Counted from the whole stretch's first letter, positions 25,666-38,716 are shown. The stretch is 63,446 nt of DNA, filler included, from Octopus bimaculoides (GCF_001194135.2; 11 parts of 10 records of this genome joined end to end with filler, not necessarily neighbours in it); one strand, 5' to 3'. The notes: generated from the sequence alone by a model not told the origin. Translations and numbers: made by a program.

Positions 25666-26517
25666 ATTCCAGTTGCAAATTCGACGATGCTAGCAATTGT
25701 GCATGCACGACCACCCTTTTATTTGTAATAATTTATGTATATATATAAGGATAATCCAGTTGGGCATGTATGTTTACATACAAAAAGGTTTGACTTACGT
25801 AGAACAGAAATGATATCAAGAAATAAAGAGGTTGAAGAAAAGTAATACAAATGAAACACCTTTAATTCTTGAAATCATTTCTATTCTGTGTAAGTCAGAC
25901 CTATTTGTATGTAAACATACATACATTTTTTGTATTTCATGTATTTAATATACTTTGTATTTTGACCTGCCCAATTTGCCTATCCTTACATTTACTTCTC
26001 GACCCAATCAACTTTAAACCTTTTGAACACTACTAAGCATATTCTATGCGGAGAATATTTGATTCTCGTCTATGAAATATATATTATATATATCTCGATA
26101 GCCTACATACATGCGGGCGCGCACACACACTCACACACACACACATGCATATAGTTTTGTATCTATGCTTCCAAGTATATTTGTATATAAACATACATTT
26201 CCAACACAGGCGTTTTAAGGACAGGATGTCTCCTATTGCTGTCTCCAATTTATCGCTTCTCTATTTTCTCTTTCCAAAGAAAATATTTCTCTCAGCGTTC
26301 AATATTTTCCCCTCGATCAGGTCTAAAGATCATCCAGGTTTCTTTTCGTTGGGTTTCCCTGTATGCCTGCAACGCCCTGTTTGTGCTCCTAACTTTGATC
26401 ATCCAACAACTGATGAAGGACCATTCCTTGTATTACTTGTCATTTTTTCTCTCGTTATTTGCGTATATACCTCATTTGTTTTCGGATTACACGTTTTTTT
26501 AAAGTTGATGACGTCCT

Positions 26518-26586
<69 letters not shown>

Positions 26587-26689
26587 NNNNNNNNNNNNNN
26601 NNNNNNNNNNNNNNNNNNNNNNNNNNNNNNTTAATTAATTAANNNNNNNNNNNNNNNNNNNNNNNNNNNNNNNNNNNNNNNNNNNNACA

Positions 26690-26900
26690 TTCCTCCATGG
26701 CTAGATTTAATTTGCGTATACAGATTTAATCTGCGATCCATGGGACGAGCCGTTTTAACGTTGCGTCCTGCCCGAAGCTCGTCGAAACGCCGGTGTTAAA
26801 ACGTGGGTAGCTGATGAAGTAGAATGTTCTCTATGTGGCTCGTGTGTTCTCGTCTACGTTTGTTTGCAATGTCCTGTACCCAGATATGCACCTATACATA
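26690..26900 (+). repeat. Structured interspersed repeat, copy 1 (homologous to 37735-37930)
   Basis: Shares CCTCCATGG, ATTTAATTTG, TGCGTCCTGCCC, CGAAACGCC, AGCTGATGAAG, ATGTTCTCTATGTGGC and TGTACCCAGATATG with the second copy. Confidence 0.85.
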
Positions 26901-27481
26901 CAGGTGGATGTCGGTATGCACATACCTGTACGTATATATGCATATACTCATTTACTTTTGTTTTTATATATATATATATGCCATTATACATATGGATATA
27001 TGTATGTGTGTATGTATGCTTGTATGTATATATGTATGTTTTCATGAGTGTATACACATGTGTATAAATATATATATTTATATATATGTATATATATGTA
27101 TATATACATATATATATACACATGAATATACATACACACACATTTGTATGCGTGTATGTATGTGTGTGTATGTATGTGTGTGTATGTAATTGCATGCATA
27201 TGTGAGTGTGTTTGCTTCTTACAAATAATGCACAACGAACTCAATCCTTCTGCGCAATCAAATAATCTCCATAAACTCAACACACCTTCAGGAACTAACA
27301 AGCCACACACACACACACACACATACAGACGCACACACGCACACACACACACACATATACACACAAGCACTTCACAAATACACACACACATACACACACT
27401 CGTACACACACATACATACACACATACACGCCCACATACACACAGACACACGCGCGCGCAGTTACAGTATATATAATAGAA

Positions 27482-28151
27482 TATATTTATTTATTGCCTA
27501 CAGGAGGCTAAAGATAGAGTGGACAAACAAGGACCGACAAAAGGATTAAGTCGATTAAAGGCAAAGTCGACCTCGGCTGAATTTGAACTCAGAACGTAGC
27601 GGCAGGCGAAATACCTATTTCTTTACTACCCACAAGGGGCTACACACAGAGGGGACAGACAAACGGATTAAGTCGATTATATCGACCCCAGTGCGTAACT
27701 GGTACTTAATTTATCGACCCCGAAAGGATGAAAGGCAAAGTCGACTTCGGCGGAATTTGAACTCAGAACGCAGTGGCAGACGAAATACCGCTAAGCATTT
27801 CGGTCGGCGTGCTAACGATTTTTTTCTACTCTAGGCACAAGGCCCGAAATTTTGGGGAAGGGGACCAGTCGATTAGATCGACTCCGGTACGCAACAGGTA
27901 CTTAATTTATCGACCCCGAAAAGATAAAAATCAAAGTCGACCTCGGCTGAATTTGAACTCAAAATAACGGCAGACGAAATACCACTAAGCATTTCAGTCG
28001 GCGTGCGAACGATTCTTGTCTAGTCTAGGTAGAAGGCCGGAAATTTTGAGGATAAAAAGCAAAGTCGACCTCGGCGGAATTTGAACTCAGAACGTAGCGG
28101 CAGACGAAATTCCGCTAAGCATTTCAGTCGGCGTCCTAACGACTCTGCCAG
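27482..28151 (-). mobile_element. Cluster of four head-to-tail or nested SINE family D copies
   Basis: Four GCAAAGTCGAC.TCGGC.GAATTTGAACTCA motifs; junctions at about 27600, 27820 and 28016. Confidence 0.92.
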
Positions 28152-28360
28152 TATATATATATTAATGTACGTATGTGTATATTTACATGATATGTAAACA
28201 CACTTAAGACATAACCTACAAGACGGTTACCGGACAAACAGACTTAGGAAATAAATATGTCGGTCACATAGATAAACAATACGCAGTATTGATGCAGCAG
28301 CAGCGACAGTATTATCATTATTATTATCATCATCATCATCATTATTATTATTATTATTAT

Positions 28361-28397
<37 letters not shown>

Positions 28398-29321
28398 NNN
28401 NNNNNNNNNNNNNNNNNNNNNNNNNNNNNNNNNNNNNNNNNNNNNNNNNNNNNNNNNNNNNNNNNNNNNNNNNNNNNNNNNNNNNNNNNNNNNNNNNNNN
28501 NNNNNNNNNNNNNNNNNNNNNNNNNNNNNNNNNNNNNNNNNNNNNNNNNNNNNNNNNNNNNNNNNNNNNNNNNNNNNNNNNNNNNNNNNNNNNNNNNNNN
28601 NNNNNNNNNNNNNNNNNNNNNNNNNNNNNNNNNNNNNNNNNNNNNNNNNNNNNNNNNNNNNNNNNNNNNNNNNNNNNNNNNNNNNNNNNNNNNNNNNNNN
28701 NNNNNNNNNNNNNNNNNNNNNNNNNNNNNNNNNNNNNNNNNNNNNNNNNNNNNNNNNNNNNNNNNNNNNNNNNNNNNNNNNNNNNNNNNNNNNNNNNNNN
28801 NNNNNNNNNNNNNNNNNNNNNNNNNNNNNNNNNNNNNNNNNNNNNNNNNNNNNNNNNNNNNNNNNNNNNNNNNNNNNNNNNNNNNNNNNNNNNNNNNNNN
28901 NNNNNNNNNNNNNNNNNNNNNNNNNNNNNNNNNNNNNNNNNNNNNNNNNNNNNNNNNNNNNNNNNNNNNNNNNNNNNNNNNNNNNNNNNNNNNNNNNNNN
29001 NNNNNNNNNNNNNNNNNNNNNNNNNNNNNNNNNNNNNNNNNNNNNNNNNNNNNNNNNNNNNNNNNNNNNNNNNNNNNNNNNNNNNNNNNNNNNNNNNNNN
29101 NNNNNNNNNNNNNNNNNNNNNNNNNNNNNNNNNNNNNNNNNNNNNNNNNNNNNNNNNNNNNNNNNNNNNNNNNNNNNNNNNNNNNNNNNNNNNNNNNNNN
29201 NNNNNNNNNNNNNNNNNNNNNNNNNNNNNNNNNNNNNNNNNNNNNNNNNNNNNNNNNNNNNNNNNNNNNNNNNNNNNNNNNNNNNNNNNNNNNNNNNNNN
29301 NNNNNNNNNNNNNNNNNNNNN

Positions 29322-30305
29322 NTGGTGGTGGTGGTGGTGGTGGTAGTGGTAGTAGTGGCGGTAGTGGTAGTGGTGGTTGCGGTGGAATTAATGGTGGTGG
29401 TGGTGGTGGTGGTAGTTCCGATGATGCAGTTATCTTGTTCCTCTTGAAATAAACGAGGTTTCTCTCTTATTTGTTTGGCTTTTGCCCTTCTTCTTCTTCT
29501 TCTTGTTGACCTTGCTTATCATGTCGTTGTTATTGTTCTGTTGCGTTTGTTGGATTACAGTTGTTGTTATTGTTGATATCCTTGGTGTTGTTGTTGTTGT
29601 TGTTGTCGCAGCAGCTATTGTTATTAGTAGTGTTGTTGTTGTGGTGGTGGTGGTGTTGCTGCTGTTCTTGCTACTGTTACAATTGTTGTTGTTGTTCTTC
29701 TTCTTCTTCTGCTTCTTCTTCTTCTCCTCTTCCTCCGCCTCCTCCTCCTCCTTCTATTTCTTCTTCTTCTTCTTCTTCTCCGCCTCCTCCTCCTCCTTCT
29801 TCTATTTCTACTTCTACTTCTCCTCCTCCTCCTCCTCCTCCTCCTTCTTCTTCTTCTGTTCCTCCTCCTCCTTCTACTTCTTCTTCTTCTCCTCCCCCTC
29901 CTCCTTCTCCTTACTATTGTTGTTGTTGTCGTTGTTGTTGCTTTCATTCGCCTTGAAGTTGTTTTCATGATAGTGTTGTCTTTGCTACTGTTTTTGTTGT
30001 TGTTATTGCTTTCGGTGCTGCTACCGCTGCTGCTGCTGCTGCTGCTACAGCTTAGCAGGATTAATAATAATAATAATGATAATAATAATGGTTTCGAATT
30101 TTTCCACAAGGGCAACAATTGTGAGGGAGGGGATGAGTCGATTCCATCGACCCACAGTGTTCAATTGATACTTATTTTATCAACCCCAAAATGATGAAAG
30201 GCAACGTCGGCCTCGGCGGAATTTGAACTCAGAACGTAGATGCAGACGAAATACCGCTAAGCATTTCGCCTGGCGTGCTAACGCTTCTGCCAGCTGGCCG
30301 TCTTA

Positions 30306-30392
<87 letters not shown>

Positions 30393-30395
30393 TTT
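29322..30395. repeat. Low-complexity trinucleotide block (GGT, GTT, CTT/CTC, GCT, AAT), with a SINE D copy at 30085-30303
   Basis: Direct reading. Confidence 0.9.
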
Positions 30396-30740
30396 TACTA
30401 TAAGCACAAGGCCTGAAATTTGAGGGTAGGTGTTAAGTCGATTACATCGACACCAGTACTAAGCTGGTACTTAATTTATCGACCCCGAAAAGATGAAAGG
30501 CAAAGTTGACCTCGGCGGATTTTGAACTCAGAACGTAGCAGCGTACTAACAATTCTAATAATAATGGTTTCAAAGTTTACCACAAGGGCAGCAATTACGC
30601 GGGAGGCTGAGTCGAATACATCGATTCAAGTGTTTCACTGGTCCTTAATTTATCGACTCCGAAAGGATGAAAGGCAAAGTCAACCTCGGCGGAATTTGGA
30701 CTCAGAACCTAAAGACGGGACGAGATGCCGCTAAGCATGT
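30395..30740 (-). mobile_element. Two head-to-tail SINE family D copies
   Basis: Two TTGAACTCAGAA / TTGGACTCAGAA motifs; junction at about 30556. Confidence 0.82.
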
Positions 30741-31104
30741 TTGTTCATTTAGGATGTGATCCAAAACTGCCGCTGCTGCTACTGATGTTTAACAACTTTC
30801 TTGGCGCCTCAGTCACAGGAGAAATGGTTCTTTACAGCTCCTCCAAAACTGCTGAAGGGGGCGGGGACAGGGAGAGAGGAAGAGATCCTGAATATCCGAT
30901 CCAAATTTTGTAATACGATTGTCTCCTCTCCACTAAAAAGTCTTTAGTCCCCGTTGTTTTGTGCTAAACCGGTTGATATATTAAATCCATAACCCAAACA
31001 CATGAATGATTGTTCTTCTTATAGGCTTCCATACAGTTTCGCTCTATAAAATTCTACTTGAAAAACGAAAGTAGAAAGCACTTGCTGTGCCTTTCTATGA
31101 CCTG

Positions 31105-31508
31105 GTAGTATAATTAGTACACTGGACATACGTTCTGAGTGCAAATTCCGCTGAGGAAGGTCGACCTGGCTGTTTATCCTTTCGAGGTCGAGGAATTAAG
31201 TACCAACTGAGCACTGGGGTTGATGTAATTGACAAGTCCCCTTCCAGGCATTGTATCTATAGTACTCTTTTACTCTTTTACTCGTTTCAGTCATTTGACT
31301 GCGGCCATGCTGGAGCATCGCCTTTAGTCGAGCAAATCGACCCCAGGACTTATTCTTTGTAAGCCTAGTACTTATTCTATCGGTCTCTTTTTGCCTAACC
31401 GCTAAATTAAGAGGACGTAAACACACCAGCATCGGTTGTCAAGCGATGCTGGGGGGACAAACACAGACACACAAATACACATACACACACACACACACAC
31501 ACATATAT
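31105..31508. mobile_element. SINE D fragment (+) followed by the 3' half of SINE C (-), running into a gap
   Basis: CTGAGTGCAAATTCCGCTGAGG at 31136; TACTCTTTTACTCTTTTACTCGTTTCAGTC C tail at 31264. Confidence 0.85.
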
Positions 31509-32886
31509 NNNNNNNNNNNNNNNNNNNNNNNNNNNNNNNNNNNNNNNNNNNNNNNNNNNNNNNNNNNNNNNNNNNNNNNNNNNNNNNNNNNNNNNNNNNN
31601 NNNNNNNNNNNNNNNNNNNNNNNNNNNNNNNNNNNNNNNNNNNNNNNNNNNNNNNNNNNNNNNNNNNNNNNNNNNNNNNNNNNNNNNNNNNNNNNNNNNN
31701 NNNNNNNNNNNNNNNNNNNNNNNNNNNNNNNNNNNNNNNNNNNNNNNNNNNNNNNNNNNNNNNNNNNNNNNNNNNNNNNNNNNNNNNNNNNNNNNNNNNN
31801 NNNNNNNNNNNNNNNNNNNNNNNNNNNNNNNNNNNNNNNNNNNNNNNNNNNNNNNNNNNNNNNNNNNNNNNNNNNNNNNNNNNNNNNNNNNNNNNNNNNN
31901 NNNNNNNNNNNNNNNNNNNNNNNNNNNNNNNNNNNNNNNNNNNNNNNNNNNNNNNNNNNNNNNNNNNNNNNNNNNNNNNNNNNNNNNNNNNNNNNNNNNN
32001 NNNNNNNNNNNNNNNNNNNNNNNNNNNNNNNNNNNNNNNNNNNNNNNNNNNNNNNNNNNNNNNNNNNNNNNNNNNNNNNNNNNNNNNNNNNCATGTCTCG
32101 TGACACTCAATGGATTGATCCAAGTAAGGAAATAAATACAAAATCACTAGGATTTACTTAAATGAGATCAATATTATTTTGATCAGAGATATTTAAGGTA
32201 AAGCTTCTTTAAAAGAAAAGAATAAAAAGAAAAAAAAGGAGAAAATACATATTTATGAAGAAAACCGATATGTGATGTACATGTTTGATATTTCAGAAAT
32301 GGCGGCATAGTTTTTATATTTTATTTTATTTTTCATTGAGCAGACGACGCTTATTCACAGGCAGACGATCAAAATGAAAGAAGAAAAAATCGCGGTGTTA
32401 CCGAATAGGAAATCGTTTGTGGGATTTAATTATATTATTGATATTGGCGTATTTATGATATTCTTTAAAGTTGTCCGACAAAGGAAGAGCTAAGAAACTG
32501 GTTCCCTCATTGAAATTCACACAACAAAGCCGTTCCATCATACACTGAACTTAGAAAGAAAAAAAAAAGGCTTTCATATCTGTTTTTCATTACTGTCACG
32601 GTAAAAAATATTAGGAAATCGTTAGATATTTTCACTGAAATGACGACTACTATATACGTTGTGTGTTTGTGTATTAGTGTGTTTGCGTGTGTGTGCGTGC
32701 ACGCGCACACATTAACTCAAACACGCAACACACGTATATAAGTGCATATTAGTATGTATATATGTAAATATAGATATATGTACCATATATATGTATACAT
32801 TCATTTTCGCACGTAGCTATTATGAGTTCGGACGTATTCAAATTATGTATATATGCATATATATATATATATATATATAGATGCAT

Positions 32887-32955
<69 letters not shown>

Positions 32956-33639
32956 CGTAGTTCTGATGTGTATGAATAAGTTTGTACTTAGATATGTATG
33001 TACGATGTATTTATGTGTATTTAATTATAGTACTTAATTGTATGTGTGTCTGTGTTGGGTGTGTGTGTGAGCGAGTGTGTACGTGTGTTTATTTAAATAT
33101 GTATGAAGATAGATAAGTACATAGGCAAGTTTGGTATAATTTCTGTATTGTGTTTCCAGGATTTTCAAATAGGAAATAGTCGTACCCTGAGATAAGACAA
33201 GGCCTCTTCTCTGTTACAATTCAGAAAAACAAACTAGACACAAGGTCATACGTTTGAGAAGAACAGGTTTAGTTAAATCTATCTACTCCAGTTCATTGCA
33301 AGTGCTTTATATTTTTTGAGCCCGAGAGAATGAACCGGAAAATCACTTGCGGCAGGGTTGAAACACACAAAGGTAGAATAAAATAAGATAAAATAAAATA
33401 AAATAAAACAGCCACTAAACACCATAAAGCGTTTTGTAAGAAAATCCACTGATTCTGTCCTACTCCCCACTTAGGTACAAGGGTACATTTTGGAGAAGGG
33501 ATACAATCAGCATACCCCACATCACAGTCATTCTTCGTAGTCCACGTTCGTTTCATCATCGGCGATCTTGGACCTCTGTGGCTGAGTCTGAAGATACATG
33601 TTTTTGGGGTTTTTTTTTTATCTTGCGTTTCTTCGTAAG

Positions 33640-34012
33640 TTTTTGCTGGTTTGTCGAGGGTTCCAATTGACCTGATCAACGGAACAGCTTGCTCGTGAAA
33701 TTAACGTGCAAGCGGCTGAGCACTCCACAGACACGTGTAGTACCCTTAACGTAGTTCTCTGGGATATTCAGCGTGACACAGTTTGACAAGGCTGGCCCTT
33801 TGAATTACAGGCACAACAGAAACAGGAAGGAAGAGTGAGAGAAAGTTGTGGTGAAAGAGTACAGCAGGGTTCCCCACTATCCCCTGCTGGAGCCTCGTGG
33901 AGCTTTAGGTGTTTTTGCTCAATAAACACTCACAACGCCCGGTCTGGGAATCGAAACCGCAATCCTATGACCGCGTGTCCGCTGCTCTAACCACTGGGCC
34001 ATTGCGCCTCCT
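33640..34012 (-). mobile_element. Full-length tRNA-derived SINE family B
   Basis: Reverse-complement head GGAGGCGCAATGGCCCAGTGGTTAG...GGTTTCGATTCCCAGACC (A and B boxes), plus the tail shared with 15483, 17159 and 50455. Confidence 0.92.
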
Positions 34013-34167
34013 GTTTGAAAGTAGGATTTGGTTAACGGCTTATATCATCGACCCTTTCAGTGAATTTTTGATAAGTAATTGATTCCTATCATGTAAATTT
34101 CTAAAATGAAATAAAGACGTATTTCGTTCTTATTAGTCACTACCGCTTTTTGACAAGAGATATTTGT

Positions 34168-34430
34168 TATGGCGCATGGCCTAGTGGTTAGGGTGTTGCA
34201 CTCACCATCGCGAGATCGTGGTATCAATTCCTGGCCCGAGTGGTGCGTTGTGTTCTTGAGAAAAACACTTCATTTCACGTTGCTCTGCAACCACTTCGAC
34301 ACCTGACGTATGGTCCACTGTAGACCTGTTTAGGCAACGTTAATTTGATGGAGGGAGTGACCTAATGTACAGTATGATCACTGTGAGCAAATCGTTCGTG
34401 CAGACTTGTTTACCTGGTAATTGCAGAACC
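34168..34430 (+). mobile_element. tRNA-derived CORE-like SINE family A
   Basis: GGCGCATGGCCTAGTGGTTAGGG A box, GGTATCAATTCC B box, GCGTTGTGTTCTTGAG.AAAACACTT CORE-like segment; homologous to 45530 and 48170. Confidence 0.88.
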
Positions 34431-34633
34431 GCCTTTCCCGGACTACGAGAGAATACCATCACATACCATCATTTACAAAATTTTAATGAAAATACTTAAC
34501 GAAATTGATAAATAACAATAACACTCAAAATCGTTTCAGATGTTTATCGACCTTGAATAGCTATAGAGACCACCCCACTAAACCAGGGAATCAGTTTTAA
34601 TTTCTTTGCTAACCCTGATTTACAGCTTATTCT

Positions 34634-34866
34634 TATTTCTTTATTGCGCACAAGGGGCTAAACATAGAGGGTACAAACAAGGACAGACAAACAGATTAAG
34701 TCGATTATATCGACCCCAGTGCGTAACTGGTACTTAATTTATCGACACCGAAAGGATGAAAGGCAAAATCGACCTCGGCGGAGTTTGAACTCAGAACGTA
34801 ACGGCGGACGAAATACCGCTAAGCATTTCGACCGGCGTGCTAACGTTTCTGCCAGCTCACCGCCTA
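34634..34866 (-). mobile_element. Full-length SINE family D with long-tail variant
   Basis: GGCGGTGAGCTGGCAGAAACGTTAG head (reverse complement); GGACAGACAAACAGATTAAGTCG tail variant, also present at 27600-27680. Confidence 0.92.
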
Positions 34867-35419
34867 AAGGTGATTTACAGCTTATTCTGCTAGTCTTCAG
34901 TTCTTCCGAGCTTATACTTAAGATACAAGGCCTATCTAATATTAAGGCTAGGGGACTTAAGCAAGCTCAGGTGACATGATGTTCATATACTGTTGGGCCT
35001 GTATGACACATATCTAGGGAACCTGAATCTTGTGTGCCTTAGTTGCAGGACCATCTTTTGCTATGTGGGCCATAATAGGTGCCCTGAAAGATACTGCCAC
35101 CCTGGTCAGAATAGACCTGGGAGTAGTTGCTAAGGGGTAACTCTTCAAAATTTTCCTGAAATCGCAGTCTGGGTGCAGTTCAATGTCTTAGCCCCAGTAC
35201 TCTATTGATGCATTATTTTATCGCCTCTATTCCACGATAGATACTTTACTATATCGACCCAAGAAGGAAAGCAAAATCCATCATTGTAGGATTTGAACTT
35301 AGAACGCAAAACGATGAAATTATATATTGTAAGATATTTTTCCAATGCCCTCCATTATCTTTTTCTTTTCGCCAACCATACAGAGGGGACATTTGTAAAA
35401 TACCATTTATTCTCAAAAC

Positions 35420-35740
35420 GTTTTTATCGATCCCCAGCACTTCACTGGTACTATATTTTATTAACTGCTCTCGTTGGTTAGTACGTTCGTTCAACGATCA
35501 ATGTACTTGAACAGTACTTTATTTTTTCAATCGCAGTACTTCAGTAGCATTTTATTTTATAGAAAAATTATGAATTGGTACATCACTTTATCGATCTCGG
35601 TACTTGAATAGAACATTGTTTCATCAATCACAATGCTACAACGGTACATTATTTTATAGCTACCAATTCTTGACTGATACTTGACCAGCACTTTATTTTA
35701 TCGGTCATAGTACTTGACTGGTACTTCTTTTATCCCATTC
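35420..35740. repeat. Degenerate minisatellite (~35-45 bp unit) derived from the internal module of SINE D
   Basis: About seven units resembling ATCGAYCCCAGTACTTGACTGGTACTTTATTTTATC. Confidence 0.65.
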
Positions 35741-35915
35741 ACGCGATAGCTACTTCAAATTATTAACTCGAGTAAGATTGAAGCGAAGTCCTTCATGAAC
35801 TAGGAACTTAAAAAGGTGAAACTAAATACCACAAGGCATTTTTATATGCTCTTCTATTAAAGAAACACTAATATAGAGCATAAAACATAAAATTACGTGT
35901 AGGGTAGTCTCTATG

Positions 35916-35956
35916 CTTCACTGAAGAGGCATAATAAGACTAAAACATGTCTGAAG
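35916..35956 (+). ncRNA. Minimal hammerhead-like motif (CUGAAGA core, G12>A)
   Basis: CTTCA-CTGAAGA-GGCATAATAAGACT-AAA-ACATGT-C-TGAAG: 5-bp stem I, palindromic ACATGT stem III, GUC triplet; stem II is weak and GAAA reads AAAA. Confidence 0.5.
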
Positions 35957-35984
35957 TTGTCTTCCCTAATTGTTTAAAAAAGGT

Positions 35985-36177
35985 CCCAAATTTTTGGGGT
36001 GCAGGGGCCAGTCGATTAGATCGACCCCAGTAAGCAACTGGTACTTATTTTATCGACGCTGAAAGGATGAAAGGCAAAATCGACCTCGGCGGTATTTGAA
36101 CTGAGAACGCAAAGACAGACGAAATACCGCTAAGCATTTCGCCCGGCGTGCAAACGTTTCTGCCAGCTCGCCGCCTT
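35985..36177 (-). mobile_element. SINE family D copy
   Basis: Complete head GGCGGCGAGCTGGCAGAAACG (reverse complement) and internal hairpins. Confidence 0.9.
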
Positions 36178-36417
36178 CGAAATAGTCTTTTCTACTCTAG
36201 GCACATGGCCCCATTAAAATAATATTAGACATGAAGTTACTGTTCTTTTCTTCGGTCGTCACACTAGTATTTCTAATTAGATTTTTGTTGTTCATTGCAT
36301 TAATTAGATAAATACTTNNNNNNNNNNNNNNNNNNNNNNNNNNNNNNNNNNNNNNNNNNNNTTAATTAATTAANNNNNNNNNNNNNNNNNNNNNNNNNNN
36401 NNNNNNNNNNNNNNNNN

Positions 36418-36459
<42 letters not shown>

Positions 36460-37734
36460 GCATACAAACAAACAGCAGAAATTAAAAATGTCATTGAAAT
36501 GTTTCCCAGTGAGAAAATCATGAGAAATGACGTTTACGTACAGTAATCTGTTTCGGATTAAAAGAAATTTATGTCTTCACATCATTTGTATAAGAATAAA
36601 ACAGTATCACCATCAACAACAACAATAATTAAAAGACTAAACAATATCATCAACAATTATGAAATTTATACATTTATGTAAAACTAAAATAAGAACAACA
36701 ACCATAGCAACTAATTTGTGAGTAGTGAATAATGGTTGGGAACCTTTCTGATTCTCTCTTTTTCTGCCAGTTCAATCAGCTCCTTTCCCTTCATTACGAT
36801 TATCACACAGGGGTCTACTCTGTTCCTCTGGTTTATTACTAGCCTCAAACTGGTGAAAACGCGCGCGCACGCACACACGCACACACACACACACACACAC
36901 ACGCACAATTTCGTCTGCCTCCGTTATATACATGTGTTTTAAAACACAAAACGTCCACAAGAGATATTACCTCGCATGAATACCACAGTGCATTGTGTCA
37001 ATCACGTTGTATTTACATTAAGCGTAATGCATAAATGTTTATATATACATTTCTATATACGACTGGTTTCCACACACCTTCTGACTACCAAATTCACTTA
37101 CAAGGCATTAATCTGCCCGGGGCTATAGTAAATGGTGCTGCACAGTAGGACTGAACTCGAAACCACGTGGTTGAAAAAATATTTAAATATTATTATAATA
37201 AACCGCTTGTTAGCAACTATCACAACAACGTGAATAACAATAACATCAACAACAATAATTATAGACTTCGAAATATGAATTAGAAACAAAACCGAATATA
37301 TACCACCTATGTTTATAGTTTCCGCTGATAGTAGGGATGTGTTGTGTTAAGTAGTCACCTGCGTCAAACTTTTAGCCGGAAGTTACTCTGGCCAAATATT
37401 ACGTATAAAGAGGGTGGGACGTTGGTAAAGTGTTAGTAATAGAAAGGGTGTGGTAGTTAAAAGAAAGTTTCAAAGCATCGATGTATATATATTCTACTTC
37501 CTCCCCTTTTTCTCCCTCTACCACTCTTTCTCCCTAACCCTCGCTGGTCACATGTGTCCAGCTGCTAATTCTTTTCGTTCTTGGACTCCCCAAGCTTCGC
37601 ACGCACTTCTTCGCCTCTCCAGTTCGTGCTTCACAGCGTCCAATATACACATACTTCTCCACGTCTGGCTGTATAGCCTTTTCTGTTTGTTTATTTCTCC
37701 GTTTCGTTTTCCTTCTTGTTTTCCGTCCGCCACT

Positions 37735-37930
37735 ATCCTCCATGGAACAAATTTAATTTGTGTCCGTGGGAAGAGCCATTTTAACGATGCGTCCTGCCCT
37801 AACTCTTCGAAACGCCAGTGTTTTAATGGTGACAGCTGATGAAGGATATGTTCTCTATGTGGCCTGCGTGTTTTTTGTACCTTTTTTATCTTTTCATCCA
37901 ACGTCATGTACCCAGATATGTATCTATATG
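37735..37930 (+). repeat. Structured interspersed repeat, copy 2 (homologous to 26690-26900)
   Basis: Same conserved blocks as copy 1. Confidence 0.85.
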
Positions 37931-38077
37931 TACATGTAGATAAAGATATGTACATATATGTACATATATATGCATATACTCATATATTATTTTTATATAT
38001 ATATATATATATACTGAAAGAGAGAGAATGACGCAAGTAAACAAATAAAACTGCTTGGGTCTGATATAAAATGTGTG

Positions 38078-38109
<32 letters not shown>

Positions 38110-38716
38110 GAGAAACAACAAAACTAAAAATTTTCAGACGATGGATATTCAAGTATAAATATAAAGATATTTATATATTAACAGAGTACAAAAGACGCAG
38201 GCAATTAAAAGGGAGAAGGTATGGTATTACAGTAGTTTCTGAAGGCTCCGAGTTACTTCATATGTTTGGCAAAATGAAGTTCATCAGAATATGCAACCAG
38301 TAATGGTAGCAAATGAACATTGGTTAGATCCAGTCTCTGTTTTCAGAGTGGCGAAATAATCTGACATTTCATATCACGTCGCAGGAAAATTTAAATGTTT
38401 ATTTGCTTCCATTCAATTGAACTACAACTGAACTCCTAGGTTTTGGAAAACATTCTTCTAGGTACCTTATGTCCTGCCAAACGTTTCCATATCGACAGGC
38501 TATTTGGACTTGACCATATATCTCATTTTTTATGGCGCACTTCCCTACTTCTAAAACATTGACTTTTATTATAAACTATCTCGTTTTTATTTATCCATAA
38601 TTTTTAACACATCCTAAATTACTGTCATTTATCTCTCTATTCTACTTGCTTTTCTCCATTTTTCATTTTCTTGCTTGCATATATTTTATACACTTGTCTA
38701 TTTCTACGAATGTATA

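Noticed and set aside
33930-34012. tRNA-like heads here and at 34168, 39406, 48000, 53702, 58540 and elsewhere
   Set aside because: They are SINE heads continuous with SINE bodies and lack complete cloverleafs, so they were not called as tRNA genes.
37534-37743. Minus ORF containing YVYIG, reminiscent of a GIY-YIG endonuclease
   Set aside because: No upstream GIY or downstream R...EH pattern; a five-residue match is not enough.
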